IMG/VR virus record: IMGVR_UViG_3300047299_000067
Coordinates: 53,306-117,305 of that record
DNA: 64,000 bases
Reading direction: 5' to 3' (one strand)
Origin: a virus
Shown: positions 36,512-46,359 of the stretch, piece after piece
Numbering within the stretch: position 1 is the stretch's first letter
How the letters are laid out: every line of letters begins with the position of its first letter
Notes under the pieces: model-generated
The model's input: the letters and a program-made list of their open reading frames with translations, nothing else
Told to the model about the DNA's origin: nothing
Databases searched by the model: none
Made by a program: the position numbers and the translations under genes

Positions 36512-37584
36512 GAGCGTTTTCCTTTAATCAAATTCATAATACCCGCAAACTTAGCGTGTCTGTCTTCTAAACCTTTTAATCCTGCGTTGATCGGTTTCGT
36601 CACTTGGGTAGTGTCATTAAAATTACTAACTTGAGGCTGCACTCGTTGTTGCCAATACCATACTGCTACTTTAGCTGCAACATCAGGACGTTCTACTAGT
36701 TCAGGTTTTTGTTCTAACGGCAAACCTAACGCTTGCCCTGCACGTTTATAATTGTCGCGGCCTGTTAGTTGTATAAATCCACGTCCGGCATATTTTGCTC
36801 CATCGCCTGCTGCTTTATTTCCCAGTATCTTAGCTTTACGAGGATTGTGTTTTGGATCGTATTTTCTAAAATCCAAACTGCCGCCAAATTCTTTCATACG
36901 AGTAAAGTTGGCAGACTCGTGTGCGCATTGTGCTAAAAATTGTGCTAACTCTGCTCCTTTAATACCTGCCGCTTGTGCAGTTTGTATAAGGATTTTAGCT
37001 TGGGGATGCAGTATAAGTTTAGTTGTTTTTGTTTGATCTAGTGCTGCACCAGCCTGCGGCGCTGCTGCGGGCGCTGGTTGTGTAAGTTTTGCAGTTGCTG
37101 GCTGTGCTGTTAGTGCAGCCGCGCCTATAGTCGCTCCTGCTACCCAATCTTTCCATCCCTCATCCACTGGCTCCCATTGCATGCTTTTGCCGCCTTTTTG
37201 TATCGGCGTAAATCCTTGACCTTTGTAGAATTTTGTTAGTTTGGCTTGACTAACTTGTCCTTTGTCCCACGGGAATAACGTCAGTGCGATACCATCTTCT
37301 CGTGCCATTGCCTGTAGCTGTTGCATAGCACGACTACCAATTCCTGCACGTAATGGGTATGCTTGGAACCATTTAACTTCTACTGCTCCGCGTTTAGAAA
37401 AACTCGGAGTTAGTTCAAACATAGCAAATTGCTCTTCACCAAAAGGCATAACGTGATTGTTTTGCCATGTTTGCGGGTATTTTGCATAGATTTTTTCAAT
37501 CCATGATTGAGCAGCCGCGCGACCATTATCGCCTAGCTTTATTCTATTAGGTTCGTTTTCGGATATAATATCACGTATTTGCAT
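36508..37584 (-). CDS. GNAT-like domain fused to a glycoside hydrolase family 19 (muramidase/chitinase) domain
   Basis: RAGIGSRAM..LTKFYKGQGF; FLAQCAHES, GDG.KY.GRGFIQLTGRDNY, INAG.KGLEDR. Confidence 0.85.
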   Translation of the reverse strand: MQIRDIISENEPNRIKLGDNGRAAAQSWIEKIYAKYPQTWQNNHVMPFGEEQFAMFELTPSFSKRGAVEVKWFQAYPLRAGIGSRAMQQLQAMAREDGIALTLFPWDKGQVSQAKLTKFYKGQGFTPIQKGGKSMQWEPVDEGWKDWVAGATIGAAALTAQPATAKLTQPAPAAAPQAGAALDQTKTTKLILHPQAKILIQTAQAAGIKGAELAQFLAQCAHESANFTRMKEFGGSLDFRKYDPKHNPRKAKILGNKAAGDGAKYAGRGFIQLTGRDNYKRAGQALGLPLEQKPELVERPDVAAKVAVWYWQQRVQPQVSNFNDTTQVTKPINAGLKGLEDRHAKFAGIMNLIKGKRS

Positions 37585-37585
37585 A

Positions 37586-39931
37586 TTATGCCATAACAGG
37601 AACTACGCTAACTTCGCCGGATATGACTACACCGGGGTTATTCCTGATCCATGTTGCCGCTACTCTATTAGCATCCGATTGACTATTACCTACTCCACTA
37701 AACTTATAAAGTTCTTGCCCCAAGCCATCTACAATCTTCCACTCGCCTGTAAATTGAGTAGGTGCCGTTGCTGCGGGCGCAGTGCTAGTAGCTTGTGCAG
37801 CACGTACATCAAATATAAATCTATGCCCGTAGGTATTCATAGCATGAGCATTAGCTTCTTGTCTTGTTCCTCTAAAGCGTTCTACGACTTCACCTGTTGC
37901 ATGATTTGCGATTTCCCAGTCTTGAGCAGATGCTGTGTTTGCACTAGGTTGTGCAGTAGTATCAACCGGCCTAGTAGAAGGCGCAACGCCTGCTGGTCTG
38001 TTATAATCTGCAGGGATTTCGCGAACTTCAACATCTGTTCGCATGTTAGGATTTCCTGCACGAGTTGTTGTTAAAAATTCTTCACCTGCTTCGCGGCTTG
38101 GGAATCTACGCAGCTGGTCATAGTTATTACGATCTCTTGCAAAACGTTCAGAGCTACTAATCCAAATGCCCCAATTTCCTTCTTGAGAAGGTATAGTCGC
38201 AGGCGTTTCTCTATAAGGATACATAGGTTTTGCAGTTGCATTACTCATTGCGTCCGCTCTTCCTGCTACACCCCATTCTACCGCTGCTTTCTGCAACGCT
38301 TCGTCTTTGTTTGCAGCTACAATTTCAATGCTCGCGCCATTACTAGCACCAGCGCCTTCTTTATCTACGCGCCACCAGTATTTTGTGCCTGGGGGTATTT
38401 TGCCTTTTGACATATCTCGTTGTAGCTGTGCGGAACGAACTTGACGGATTAGTGCATCTTTTGGTAAATCGCCTGCAGAGTAGTTGGCAAACAATTCTAA
38501 AATACCAGGTTCGTTTGTGCTAGGTGCTAATAGCTTGTATAGCTTTTTGGCATACTCTTGTTTGTATTTTGTTTCATCGATTGCGGCATCCAATGCTACT
38601 ACAAATCTAAGTAGCGTAGGCTCGATCATTTCAAAATTAGTGTTTAGCCAGTCGCCGCCGGGGCTGCGAAACTCGATATAACCGTCTTTTGTATTGATGC
38701 TGGTAAATTTATTAGTTATACCGCTGTGTATTACTTTAGCAGCCGCAGTGCCTAGATGTTCTTTCATTTTACCCAATAGTGCAGAAGCTTCGTCGGGACG
38801 AGTTTTAATGTTTTGTTTAACAATACTTAAAGCGCTTTTGCAATAAGTATTACCTAGTCGTCCGAATTCATTTAATACTCGCTCGTCGCCTAACAATATA
38901 GCTAACTTTACATAATCTAATTTTTCTAAACTATAATTAGGAACACTAACGTTGATGTGCAATCCTGTAGAATTGTTTGTATAACAATTATTGTTGTCTG
39001 CCCATTCCTTGACTGCGATTAAATCTGCCAATAAGTCTTTAATAGGCATAGGCGGGCTAACGAATTCTAAACCTTGATCGCCCGCATTGTCTCCCTCTAA
39101 ACTACCGTCGGGCTCTACTACATAACCATCTGGAGTTCTTCTTGCACCATGATAGCTAGTGCTGTAATTTATTTTCTTACCTAAATAGTCGCCAAATTCT
39201 TTTGCAATTCTGGCTACATTTTCTTCACCGTTACCATAGCTGTCATTTTCTGTCCAGTACGGCCATTCGATATCGAAGTTATTAGAAATATCCGCCATAG
39301 AATAGTATCCAGCATCTTGCAACCAATCATCGCGTAAGTTATTGTCGTTGATATACTCATACCAGCCATTATTTTCCCAGTCTTCATATGCTTCGTCATA
39401 ATCAGAACCCATGTCTGCTAGTATTTCATCGACCTTTTCATTCATTAGTTCTTGTGCTCGTGCATCCACTCTGCTACTCAATTCTTCTGCGTTAGTGCCG
39501 AATTCCGGAGTATCGTCCAATATTTCCTGTCTTGCCTGGTCTATAAGTTTATCTTCGTAATCACGTTCTACTAATTCTAAAACAAGTTGATAACTAGAAT
39601 CGGCCCACGCTTCTAGTTTCTTCTCGCTTAGCCAGTCACTGTCTTGGAATTCTTCTTCTAACGCTTCCATCAAACGGCGCACGGCTCTGCTTGAGTTATG
39701 TTCGCCATCGTCAAAGAAGCGTTCAATTTCGTCGAAGCTATCTGCGCTAGTATCTTGATCGTAATCGGGTTCCGATTCAAAATCGTCGTCATCTATACTT
39801 CCGACATCAGGTACAATCATTTCAAATTCCATACCTGCACGAGCATCGATCCCTTGAGCTAACTGTTTTAAGCTAGACGGGCTCATGTTGATTTCGTTTA
39901 TAAGTTGTTCTAATATTTCTGTATATTTCAT
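37586..39931 (-). CDS. putative amidoligase (COOH-NH2 ligase type 2) with acidic insert and C-terminal repeats
   Basis: GMEFEM, EPDGSL, GLEFVSPP, STGLHINV, IEFRSPG. Confidence 0.75.
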   Translation of the reverse strand: MKYTEILEQLINEINMSPSSLKQLAQGIDARAGMEFEMIVPDVGSIDDDDFESEPDYDQDTSADSFDEIERFFDDGEHNSSRAVRRLMEALEEEFQDSDWLSEKKLEAWADSSYQLVLELVERDYEDKLIDQARQEILDDTPEFGTNAEELSSRVDARAQELMNEKVDEILADMGSDYDEAYEDWENNGWYEYINDNNLRDDWLQDAGYYSMADISNNFDIEWPYWTENDSYGNGEENVARIAKEFGDYLGKKINYSTSYHGARRTPDGYVVEPDGSLEGDNAGDQGLEFVSPPMPIKDLLADLIAVKEWADNNNCYTNNSTGLHINVSVPNYSLEKLDYVKLAILLGDERVLNEFGRLGNTYCKSALSIVKQNIKTRPDEASALLGKMKEHLGTAAAKVIHSGITNKFTSINTKDGYIEFRSPGGDWLNTNFEMIEPTLLRFVVALDAAIDETKYKQEYAKKLYKLLAPSTNEPGILELFANYSAGDLPKDALIRQVRSAQLQRDMSKGKIPPGTKYWWRVDKEGAGASNGASIEIVAANKDEALQKAAVEWGVAGRADAMSNATAKPMYPYRETPATIPSQEGNWGIWISSSERFARDRNNYDQLRRFPSREAGEEFLTTTRAGNPNMRTDVEVREIPADYNRPAGVAPSTRPVDTTAQPSANTASAQDWEIANHATGEVVERFRGTRQEANAHAMNTYGHRFIFDVRAAQATSTAPAATAPTQFTGEWKIVDGLGQELYKFSGVGNSQSDANRVAATWIRNNPGVVISGEVSVVPVMA

Positions 39932-42060
39932 TTTTTGTTCTTAAAAGTATTAATACGACGCTCTTGCTTCTTGACCCATTCTTTACTAGGTTTCCCTTCG
40001 CCTTTAAAATAAACCAACGGTCTGCCTTCTTTTTTACTTACTATTGCCCATCGCTTGTGTATCTTACGTAAGTATTCGAACAAGTCCGTTGCTTTATATG
40101 CTTCGCTAACCGGTTGGTCGATATCTTTTAATTTTAACCCCATGCGTTTAAGCAATGGTAAAAGTTTATGTTCTTCTTCTTCGCTACCAAATGCTAAAAT
40201 AGTTTCAGGAGCACCTTGACCAAATATTGCAGGATCAGCGTCATCTAAGTCACTAATAACTTGTCCTAACTTATACCAGTCGTAAGTGTCGCTTACTTTA
40301 ACTAACGTTGTTCCTTGCGGAAACGGGATTAGATTTTTACTTTTGGTTACATTTTCTATACCCGAATGCTCGTCTTCTTTAATACGATTAGTAAACGGAG
40401 TAATTTTATTTTTTTCTGCCCATCGAACATAAGAAGCAATGCTGTCGAATTCTTTTGTTTTTACATTTGCTTTATTATCACCGTCTTGCTTGCTAAAGTA
40501 ATCACGCATTTGCGATAATTTAGTTTTATCTTTGGCGTTTTTGTCTCCCGCAAAATAATCTCGCATTGTAGCTAAACTTGCTTCTGTTATATTTACTGTA
40601 GGTAAGTTTAGTTCAAAACGCAATCTAATCATAGTTCTAAACTCATTGTATTCTGTAGCCGTTGAAAAAGTAAACGTATGAGTAAGTGTAATATTACTAA
40701 AACGTTTTGGCGGATAATTTACTTCTCCTTCGGGTCCTGTAAATAAGAAACCAGTATTATCTTGACTTATAAATTTTAAATATTGCGGTTTTTTGTCGAA
40801 CAGTTGTAATTGATCATTTACCAACATTAGCGGAACTGCTATATAGCTTTTACCTTTAATCGGCGCTGGATTAGATTCTATAATTGATTTAAAGTAATCA
40901 ACTGTTTGCTCTGTATTAGACTCTGTTAAATTTCCTTTAATAAAAAATTGTTCGAAAAAAGAAATCTTGTCATCAACAGACATACTATTAGGCAAATCAG
41001 ACCAGTATGGTCTTGATTCGTCTACACTTTGCTTGGGTTCGTATACTGTAGGATAACCTGTCTTGCGATTATACACGCCAACTGTTTCACCTTGGCTGTT
41101 TCTAGCAATTACGCTGTCAACAGCACCGCCACCTTCTTTACGATTGGAAAACTTTACATCGGCACCGTGATCCCGGCGAACTTGGTTAGCCCACCCTCTT
41201 ACACTAACACCAGTGGAGCCTTCCGCTACACTTTGCTTTTTATAACCTGCACGATATTGGTTGTGATCATAGTTTGCTTCACTACTGGCTTTGGGATCAA
41301 AAGGATATGGATTGTCGTATGGCTTTCCTTGTGCCGCAATACCTTGTTGATATGCTGTAGGTGGTTTGTGCTGTGGTGAGTTTTTCTGCGGATTGCGAAT
41401 GTGGTGAGGAGCCTGTGCTATTACAATAGGAGCGCCTTCCGCTACACCTTGTTCTTTAACTTTCTGTCCACGCTTGACAGGTAATGGATAAGCTGTACAT
41501 GCTTCTTTAACTGTATCAAAGTATGTTTTACCTTCTACACGGATCTTTGGATCGGTCCCGCTTGCTTGATAAAATGCAACTTTATCATCAGCACGGGCAG
41601 CATCACGTAGTGCTGTGGCACTACTTACTCGAGGGCTGGGCACATGAACGATTTGTGCAAATTTGTAATATCCGTGTCGGCCTTCGACTCCGTTGTATTG
41701 ATTTAATAACTTGCCGGACCATGCCCAGTCTGTTTCGTCTGTGATATAAGCAATAGTAGCATCTTCTTTGTTGCCCAAATCTTTATAAATTCTCGCTGCT
41801 AGCGTAACTACGCTTTGTTCTGGTGCAATATGTCCAGCAATAGCAGGATAAATCGCTTGCATCCACGCAGACTTTTGTTCAAAAGAAAGCGGATCGTTCG
41901 GGCCTATGGTGCTAGGATTGGTTCCGATATACCATTTAACGCCAGCGTTTTGTACTGTTTGCCAAACTGCAATGTGACCTTGGTGTGCAGGATTAAATCG
42001 CCCGAAAGCAAACGCTGCGGTTACACCTGCTGCTTCTTTTAATATATGTCTTATCTTCAT
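39928..42060 (-). CDS. cytidyltransferase-like (HIGH) nucleotidyltransferase domain plus QGVAE-linked modules
   Basis: FGRFNPAHQGH, DPLSFEQK, SSATALR; linkers QGVAEG, QSVAEG, QSVDE. Confidence 0.75.
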   Translation of the reverse strand: MKIRHILKEAAGVTAAFAFGRFNPAHQGHIAVWQTVQNAGVKWYIGTNPSTIGPNDPLSFEQKSAWMQAIYPAIAGHIAPEQSVVTLAARIYKDLGNKEDATIAYITDETDWAWSGKLLNQYNGVEGRHGYYKFAQIVHVPSPRVSSATALRDAARADDKVAFYQASGTDPKIRVEGKTYFDTVKEACTAYPLPVKRGQKVKEQGVAEGAPIVIAQAPHHIRNPQKNSPQHKPPTAYQQGIAAQGKPYDNPYPFDPKASSEANYDHNQYRAGYKKQSVAEGSTGVSVRGWANQVRRDHGADVKFSNRKEGGGAVDSVIARNSQGETVGVYNRKTGYPTVYEPKQSVDESRPYWSDLPNSMSVDDKISFFEQFFIKGNLTESNTEQTVDYFKSIIESNPAPIKGKSYIAVPLMLVNDQLQLFDKKPQYLKFISQDNTGFLFTGPEGEVNYPPKRFSNITLTHTFTFSTATEYNEFRTMIRLRFELNLPTVNITEASLATMRDYFAGDKNAKDKTKLSQMRDYFSKQDGDNKANVKTKEFDSIASYVRWAEKNKITPFTNRIKEDEHSGIENVTKSKNLIPFPQGTTLVKVSDTYDWYKLGQVISDLDDADPAIFGQGAPETILAFGSEEEEHKLLPLLKRMGLKLKDIDQPVSEAYKATDLFEYLRKIHKRWAIVSKKEGRPLVYFKGEGKPSKEWVKKQERRINTFKNKK

Positions 42061-43190
42061 TGTGGTGTCCAACGCTTTCTCGGCACAAACTTCACGTTGC
42101 CGAATTGTTTATTTTGATCCGCATAACGTACACGACCTTCACCGTGTGTATCCCAAATTTCTGCTCGAGGTCCCGACTCGATTTGGTCAATTACGTTATC
42201 TTTTAGCAACTGAATTGCTCTTACTATTTTAAATATTTCTTCTAAAATATTATTAGTATTTAACTGTTTTATTTTCTCTTGTTTGCCTGCGCTTACCTTT
42301 GTCGCTGCCCATGTAAAAAAATGTTCTGTACTTAAACTGTCCAATTGTTTGGCTTTTGCAGATTGATTAACATAAGTGTAAATGATTTGTTTTAAATCGC
42401 TTATACCTGCGCCGCCTGCTAAAAATGCATCTATTTTAGTACCATACTTTTTAATATGACTCTCGACTTGGTCGATCATAGTAGTATCTACACTAACCGG
42501 TGCAACGTTATAAATCGGACCTAATACAATTAGTTTAGGGTTTGTATTAAATTGACTAAAATCTTTAATAGGAATTTGTTCGCTATCAGACTGCCCGTGT
42601 GCCGTAAAATATGCGTGACCCACTACCATAACTTCTGCTTGTGCAATACGCTTACCTAATTCACTGTCTGCACGAACATGATAGCATGTTTGACTTTTTG
42701 GATTAGGGCAGAAAGTATAAACCCCATCGACTAGTTCCGGCGGTTCTAAAAATAACGCATCGGCATATACATAATACGTGCCATTGCCGTCTAATTCCTT
42801 TGGAGTAGCCGCGGCGAATAACGGAGCCAAACTAGCAAACTTGTTGGCAAATTGTTGCCTACTTGCAATTTCTTCCGGAGTTGCAGCTTTACCAGTAGAC
42901 ATAATGTAATCTGCAACGTCTTTACCTGTTTGTGGTAAATTGGCACGACCCCATTGTGCATGCCCATGAGGGGGGATAACTTGACCGTTTTCGCGTCCCC
43001 AGTAGATTTGTGGATTTCCATCCCATTTCATTCTAACACTAGAACTACCTTGCTCTGTGTTCATATCTTTTAAATGTTCTAATGCCTCTATTGTTCCTTG
43101 ACTGCCGTAGAAGAATACTAAATCCTCTAAGTGATTAAATGCTCGTCCTAGTTTTGGATCTACGGCTTCTTTTAATTCTAATAATCTCAT
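42057..43190 (-). CDS. phage protein with ligase-like KWDG motif (DUF6267-like)
   Basis: HLEDLVF, KWDG.P..YWGR, GEG.V, KFVPR. Confidence 0.6.
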   Translation of the reverse strand: MRLLELKEAVDPKLGRAFNHLEDLVFFYGSQGTIEALEHLKDMNTEQGSSSVRMKWDGNPQIYWGRENGQVIPPHGHAQWGRANLPQTGKDVADYIMSTGKAATPEEIASRQQFANKFASLAPLFAAATPKELDGNGTYYVYADALFLEPPELVDGVYTFCPNPKSQTCYHVRADSELGKRIAQAEVMVVGHAYFTAHGQSDSEQIPIKDFSQFNTNPKLIVLGPIYNVAPVSVDTTMIDQVESHIKKYGTKIDAFLAGGAGISDLKQIIYTYVNQSAKAKQLDSLSTEHFFTWAATKVSAGKQEKIKQLNTNNILEEIFKIVRAIQLLKDNVIDQIESGPRAEIWDTHGEGRVRYADQNKQFGNVKFVPRKRWTPQ

Positions 43191-43729
43191 TTTAGTTTTG
43201 GTCTTCCGAATACTGTTTCTTTTACTTCTTTACCGCTAGGTAATTGTCTTGTATAAGTGTCGTTATCTAACATAGTTAAATTAGGATCATTAAACAATGT
43301 TTGTAATAATTCTACATCTTCTACTGCTGATACGTTTAATTTTTTAAGTAAGTGTCGCATAGCATCACTCGACTCTATCCATACACCTTGTTTAGACAAC
43401 ATTGTTTGCAATTTAGCAATGGCTTTATCTTTACTTGTTCTTGTGCCATCATGTCCTATGCCTTGTATTTTATAACCTTGCCAACTTTCATTCGCTCTAG
43501 CTGTTCTATAAAATACGCAAGCATCTACATCCGGATCGTGATCCCAATCTATAACATTCCAGTCACTAGGAATAACATCACGGATACTGTTTACAAAACT
43601 TCCGTCTGGAGTATTCGAATATGCTGTTTGTACTAAGCCGATTAAATCGCCGCCTACTTCTTCTTTATCCGCTGCGGTCATGAGTAGCTCCCATGAATTC
43701 TTAGTTAAAGCAAATTCAAATAATCTCAT
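43187..43729 (-). CDS. hypothetical protein
   Basis: MRLFEF leader. Confidence 0.65.
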   Translation of the reverse strand: MRLFEFALTKNSWELLMTAADKEEVGGDLIGLVQTAYSNTPDGSFVNSIRDVIPSDWNVIDWDHDPDVDACVFYRTARANESWQGYKIQGIGHDGTRTSKDKAIAKLQTMLSKQGVWIESSDAMRHLLKKLNVSAVEDVELLQTLFNDPNLTMLDNDTYTRQLPSGKEVKETVFGRPKLK

Positions 43730-44523
43730 TGACCTGTCCAGACTGCAAACAAGCCGCCTTCGAAAGAAGTTTGTCCCCCGTACACGCTGGCTGTTTTTTG
43801 TTTAACATACGCTTCTAATTCTTTACCGGTTGCTTTTGGCTGCACATCAAACGCAAAGTAATGGCTTTCGCCGTCTTTACCAATATACTGACCGCCTAAC
43901 TTACCCATAATGGTGTCGATATCTTGTTCTTTTCTTTTAATGTCCTGCGGATAATTGATATTGGGGTCGGTGTTTAGATCATAGTCATGTACTGCAATAT
44001 AGCCTTTGATTTCAACACCTGGGATTTGACTTAAACTTACCCAGTTTCGTCGACCTCCTGGTGTTTGAGCAGAACCAGCAATCAGTGGTCGCTTCATAAT
44101 AGTAAGCACTATGCCATACAATGCTTTGGCGATTCCTATGCCACGGTAGTCTTCGTCGACTGTAATTGTGCCAACTTGTAATGCACCCTTTAATGGAAAT
44201 CTCCATGGTTGTTCTAACGTTAGTTTGCCAATGAGTTGTGGTATCTTTTTTCCACTGGTTTGGCGTTTTTCCCAGTTCTTCAATCGTTGTTGAAATTCTC
44301 CCTGAAATTCATATCTACCTCTCACTGGTTTAAGATCTGGTATATTACTATTCGGGTCCCATAACTTAATAGTAGGACCGTCTCTACCTAGTTCGATCGT
44401 GTATAACAATCCACTGCCGCCTGGTAACTCTTTAAATTTCTTTGCGCCATTACCACCATAAAGGTAACTCTTACCGCCTCGGTAGTCGCTTGGTACTAGT
44501 CGCTCAATTTCATTTATCTTCAT
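43726..44523 (-). CDS. GNAT-family acetyltransferase
   Basis: ITVDEDYRGIGIAKALY acetyl-CoA motif; QTPGGRRNW. Confidence 0.75.
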   Translation of the reverse strand: MKINEIERLVPSDYRGGKSYLYGGNGAKKFKELPGGSGLLYTIELGRDGPTIKLWDPNSNIPDLKPVRGRYEFQGEFQQRLKNWEKRQTSGKKIPQLIGKLTLEQPWRFPLKGALQVGTITVDEDYRGIGIAKALYGIVLTIMKRPLIAGSAQTPGGRRNWVSLSQIPGVEIKGYIAVHDYDLNTDPNINYPQDIKRKEQDIDTIMGKLGGQYIGKDGESHYFAFDVQPKATGKELEAYVKQKTASVYGGQTSFEGGLFAVWTGQ

Positions 44524-45266
44524 AACTTGTTTAGCATATTACGAAACCACTCATTAGTTCCTACTCGTATGCTTTCTTGTTTAACTTCTTTCCAATTAGG
44601 ATCTGCCTTGCCACGTGCTAATAATTCTGCTGCACGGTCTTGCGGCAACGCAGCTAATATACTTTCTACACTGCCTAATACCGCAGCATCATCTTGCCCT
44701 GTTAATATCCCTGCAATTTTATCTAAATCATCAGTAACAAATTCTGCTTTTTTGCCGTTTGCATCTCGTGCAAATAAACCTTGCCATGCACTCCACATAT
44801 AACCAGCATCTTTGGCTAAAAAAGCCATAAGCAATTGTTTGTTTACCCCTTTATAAGGACTTCCTTTGGGAATAGAATGAGTATGAAATTTAGCAATACG
44901 GTCTGCATTAGCAGTTACCATAATATCAACTTGATGAAAACTATCACCGACAGGAACATTCACGTGAACATTGATACCTGTTTGTGCTGTTTCTAACCCT
45001 TTAGTTTTAATATAATCGTTAAGTGCTTTTCTAGCAGACTTTGCATCTGCTGCTTTAAAATAGTTAATGACCGCGGCTTCATCTGCTAATACATCCATGT
45101 CTCCACTTTGTTTACCTGGTTGAGGCGAAGCTGCACTACCTACAGGAATAACAGTAATTCCGGTTCCAGATAGTGCTGCATTAACAGTTTTTAAAATAGC
45201 AGGGACATCTTTATGATCAAACGGCACAGCGTTAGCAAAGACATTTCCCCCTTCTAATAAAATCAT
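44520..45266 (-). CDS. Pol-beta-superfamily nucleotidyltransferase
   Basis: VGSA...SGDMDV...QVDIM. Confidence 0.7.
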   Translation of the reverse strand: MILLEGGNVFANAVPFDHKDVPAILKTVNAALSGTGITVIPVGSAASPQPGKQSGDMDVLADEAAVINYFKAADAKSARKALNDYIKTKGLETAQTGINVHVNVPVGDSFHQVDIMVTANADRIAKFHTHSIPKGSPYKGVNKQLLMAFLAKDAGYMWSAWQGLFARDANGKKAEFVTDDLDKIAGILTGQDDAAVLGSVESILAALPQDRAAELLARGKADPNWKEVKQESIRVGTNEWFRNMLNKL

Positions 45267-45299
45267 ACAAACTCCAATATAGTTCTATTATTTATTAGA

Positions 45300-45800
45300 A
45301 ATAAACGATTATACTCAAGTCATAACTTGGCATTTACTAACAAGGTTTTAGGTGCTTTCTGCACCTTGTTTCTTCATGCTACGCATTTCGAAACAACTTT
45401 TCTTTACTTTTACGGTTCGAAAATGGTGTTAGTTATAGTGCTTAATATTTCGTAGATTCGGTCATAATTTGCCGTTAACCGGCAAAAAATAAAAACATTT
45501 CGTGAGTTCTGTTTTCATACGATATTGATGAGATTTTTAACATGCAGTTAAAACAGAGGCGGTTGACCTGTACCCCTTACTCAAGATTTGGCTGTCAGCG
45601 GTAGCATTTGTAATCCCATATCGCGAAACGACAAATGCTTGCGGTTGTTTCTTTTTCACATTTCCGCAATCTTTTAGAACCTCTCGTTGGTTCCTAACGT
45701 ACACAACCTAAGACTCTGACGGCACAGCACAACCTGTACAGCCTCAATAGGGATTAGCCAACGCTAATCAAACGCAAGTGTATCTTAGCATTATACACAT
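45300..45800. ncRNA. candidate structured non-coding RNA or replication origin
   Basis: About 550-bp gene-free gap with at least 8 inverted repeats, some nested. Confidence 0.45.
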
Positions 45801-45822
45801 TCTTACGGAAGAAGTCTACGGG

Positions 45823-46359
45823 TTATTTTTGGTTATTATACCATTTAACAAATTCTGCTTGCCCAGAAGCCAATGCACCTTCCCATGTAGTGCCTGCTTC
45901 ACTGTCAGCATTATCGCTGATCCACTTCATGCTCGTCCAAGGGATATTATGCAAGTTGCAAACTTTTGCAATAGCCCATAGTTCCATATCAACAATGTCA
46001 CAATGATCTCGAGTCCATTGATCTGGATTCATTACAAAGTTATTACCAGATCCGCAGCGTATGCCAGTTTTGCCGCTTTGGTAATACAGTATGTTTTCGC
46101 CTAACATAAAGCCGCGTTCACGTAGCGGACTGCAATCTGCATCGCGTTGGCAAACGGCAGCAACACTTAGTAATCCTTTGTGTGATTTTAGTGCACCTGC
46201 AGATCCATAGTTGATTATACAATCTGGATTATGTTCGATGATAGCATCATAAGTCATCATGGCTGCATTACTAAGTCCTACCCCTGTATAAACAACAGGA
46301 CAATCAACTAAACTAGCATCTAGCTCTTCTGGTAATGCTACTAGTATTAAAGTTTTCAT
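45823..46359 (-). CDS. mtnN: MTA/SAH nucleosidase (Pfs/MtnN; PNP_UDP family)
   Basis: ALPEE, TGVG..NAA, INYGSAGAL, VDME.WAIA, KWISDNA. Confidence 0.85.
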   Translation of the reverse strand: MKTLILVALPEELDASLVDCPVVYTGVGLSNAAMMTYDAIIEHNPDCIINYGSAGALKSHKGLLSVAAVCQRDADCSPLRERGFMLGENILYYQSGKTGIRCGSGNNFVMNPDQWTRDHCDIVDMELWAIAKVCNLHNIPWTSMKWISDNADSEAGTTWEGALASGQAEFVKWYNNQK

